Assembly (NCBI GenBank): GCA_963803145.1
Contig: CAWDLW010000012.1
Coordinates: forward strand, 171,435-235,434
Reading direction: 5' to 3'
DNA length: 64,000 nucleotides
From: Methanotrichaceae archaeon
GTDB lineage: Archaea > Halobacteriota > Methanosarcinia > Methanotrichales > Methanotrichaceae
Shown: positions 63,033 through 64,000 of the stretch, piece by piece
Layout: each line of letters starts with the position of its first letter
Numbering within the stretch: the first letter of the stretch is position 1
The notes under the pieces: model-generated
What the model saw: only the letters and a program-made list of their open reading frames with translations
Databases searched by the model: none
Told to the model about the DNA's origin: nothing
Program-made: the position numbers and the translations under genes

Positions 63033-63707
63033 CTAGAGATCCGCGTGCCTCGGAAGTATATTCGGGTCTATGCTCTTCGCCAACTCCGTTACATCATTAT
63101 ATTTGCCACTGCCGCTTGTAACAGCAGGCTGAGTTGTGCTCACTTGCGACCCAAGCTGCTGCACCTGTCCGGTAGTTGTTTGTGTTTTCGTCTGTGCTGC
63201 AGGTGCCTCAGTGGCAGCCTCAACCTGCGCAGGTGTGTACCCTGTTGTATCTGCGCTGATCTTAACGGCGTTCATATCGCCTTTTGCTGCAAGCCCATTA
63301 CTATCGGATCTAACGTAACTGCCTGTGATAGAATCATCAGATATAGTTCCACTGATGTCTGTTGAAACCAGCACCTTGCCTTGAAGTGCCGCCGTTGCTA
63401 TATTAACGATCCTTCCGGAGACAGTTCCCGCAACTACGCCATTCCATGGTGTATCTCCCTCGAACTTGCATTGGCCGAAGAGGGAATCCCCAGATTGGTT
63501 TGTGGCCATGGTTATATCCGTTCCTGCTAGAGAAACCTTCCATATGCCTTGGATGTTTGCCGGGCTAGCAGGCGCATTAGCGCTCTCAGACGGAGCCGAT
63601 ATATTTGCTGTGGCATTTGCATCTGCGGCTACGTCTTGTGCCATTACGCTTAAGGGAATAAATGCGAGTAACATGAGTGCTAGCAGTCCAATTAATCCAT
63701 TTCTCAT
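63033..63707 (-). CDS. Secreted protein with a related beta-barrel-like domain
   Basis: Signal peptide; NIQGIW...ITGSY...KGDMNAVK; Thr/Gln/Ala-rich tail. Confidence 0.8.
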   Translation of the reverse strand: MRNGLIGLLALMLLAFIPLSVMAQDVAADANATANISAPSESANAPASPANIQGIWKVSLAGTDITMATNQSGDSLFGQCKFEGDTPWNGVVAGTVSGRIVNIATAALQGKVLVSTDISGTISDDSITGSYVRSDSNGLAAKGDMNAVKISADTTGYTPAQVEAATEAPAAQTKTQTTTGQVQQLGSQVSTTQPAVTSGSGKYNDVTELAKSIDPNILPRHADL

Positions 63708-64000
63708 GAATCAAATCACCTTGTTGCAGGACTATACATCTCTGCCATTTAAATAATTGCTCTATCTTTCGGAATTTGTGATATTATCTTTAATAGGTGT
63801 TTTGACTGTTAATGGTGAGATCATCCGGATACACCCCTCATAAAATCTTTTCCTTTGTATTGATGTACTTTTGCAGTTTAATACTCCTTAAGGTTACCAC
63901 AAAAACATAACGGATAATCTATCAATTATGCTACTCTTAATTTTGGGGTGGACTCGTTATTAACTTTGATTCGAGTATAAAATGGGTAAGAGCCATTTTG

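Overview
This is archaeal chromosomal DNA, most consistent with a Methanothrix/Methanotrichaceae-type methanogen. That is an inference from gene content: an archaeal Lhr helicase, a cimA-ilvB-ilvN-ilvC operon, small winged-HTH regulators, and many TPR and secreted low-complexity proteins. Housekeeping blocks alternate with decaying accessory patches that hold three IS elements (IS5, IS630, and a TnpB-only IS200/IS605 element) and several pseudogenes. The most striking locus is 8784-14326. Three adjacent co-oriented genes share one ~20-aa motif (consensus TNIxGxVxGPVLSGxFxGxV). It sits at the N-terminus of an NB-ARC/TPR NLR-like receptor, at the C-terminus of a Bell-like helical effector, and, unexpectedly, at the C-terminus of a HEAT-repeat protein. 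This is the layout of NLR-linked amyloid signalling, here with a third partner. The receptor is cut by an IS5 (4-bp TSD TACC), the HEAT gene is split by an 8-bp duplication, and the effector is intact. Other notable items are an inverted pair of ~117-bp structured repeats with a compensatory base change next to TA-gene remnants, a frameshifted OLD-family nuclease, a family 1 encapsulin with its ferritin-like cargo, and three genes whose best-placed start codon is ATT, ATA or ACG. No rRNA, tRNA or CRISPR array was seen. All family assignments come from motif recognition by eye; no searches were run.
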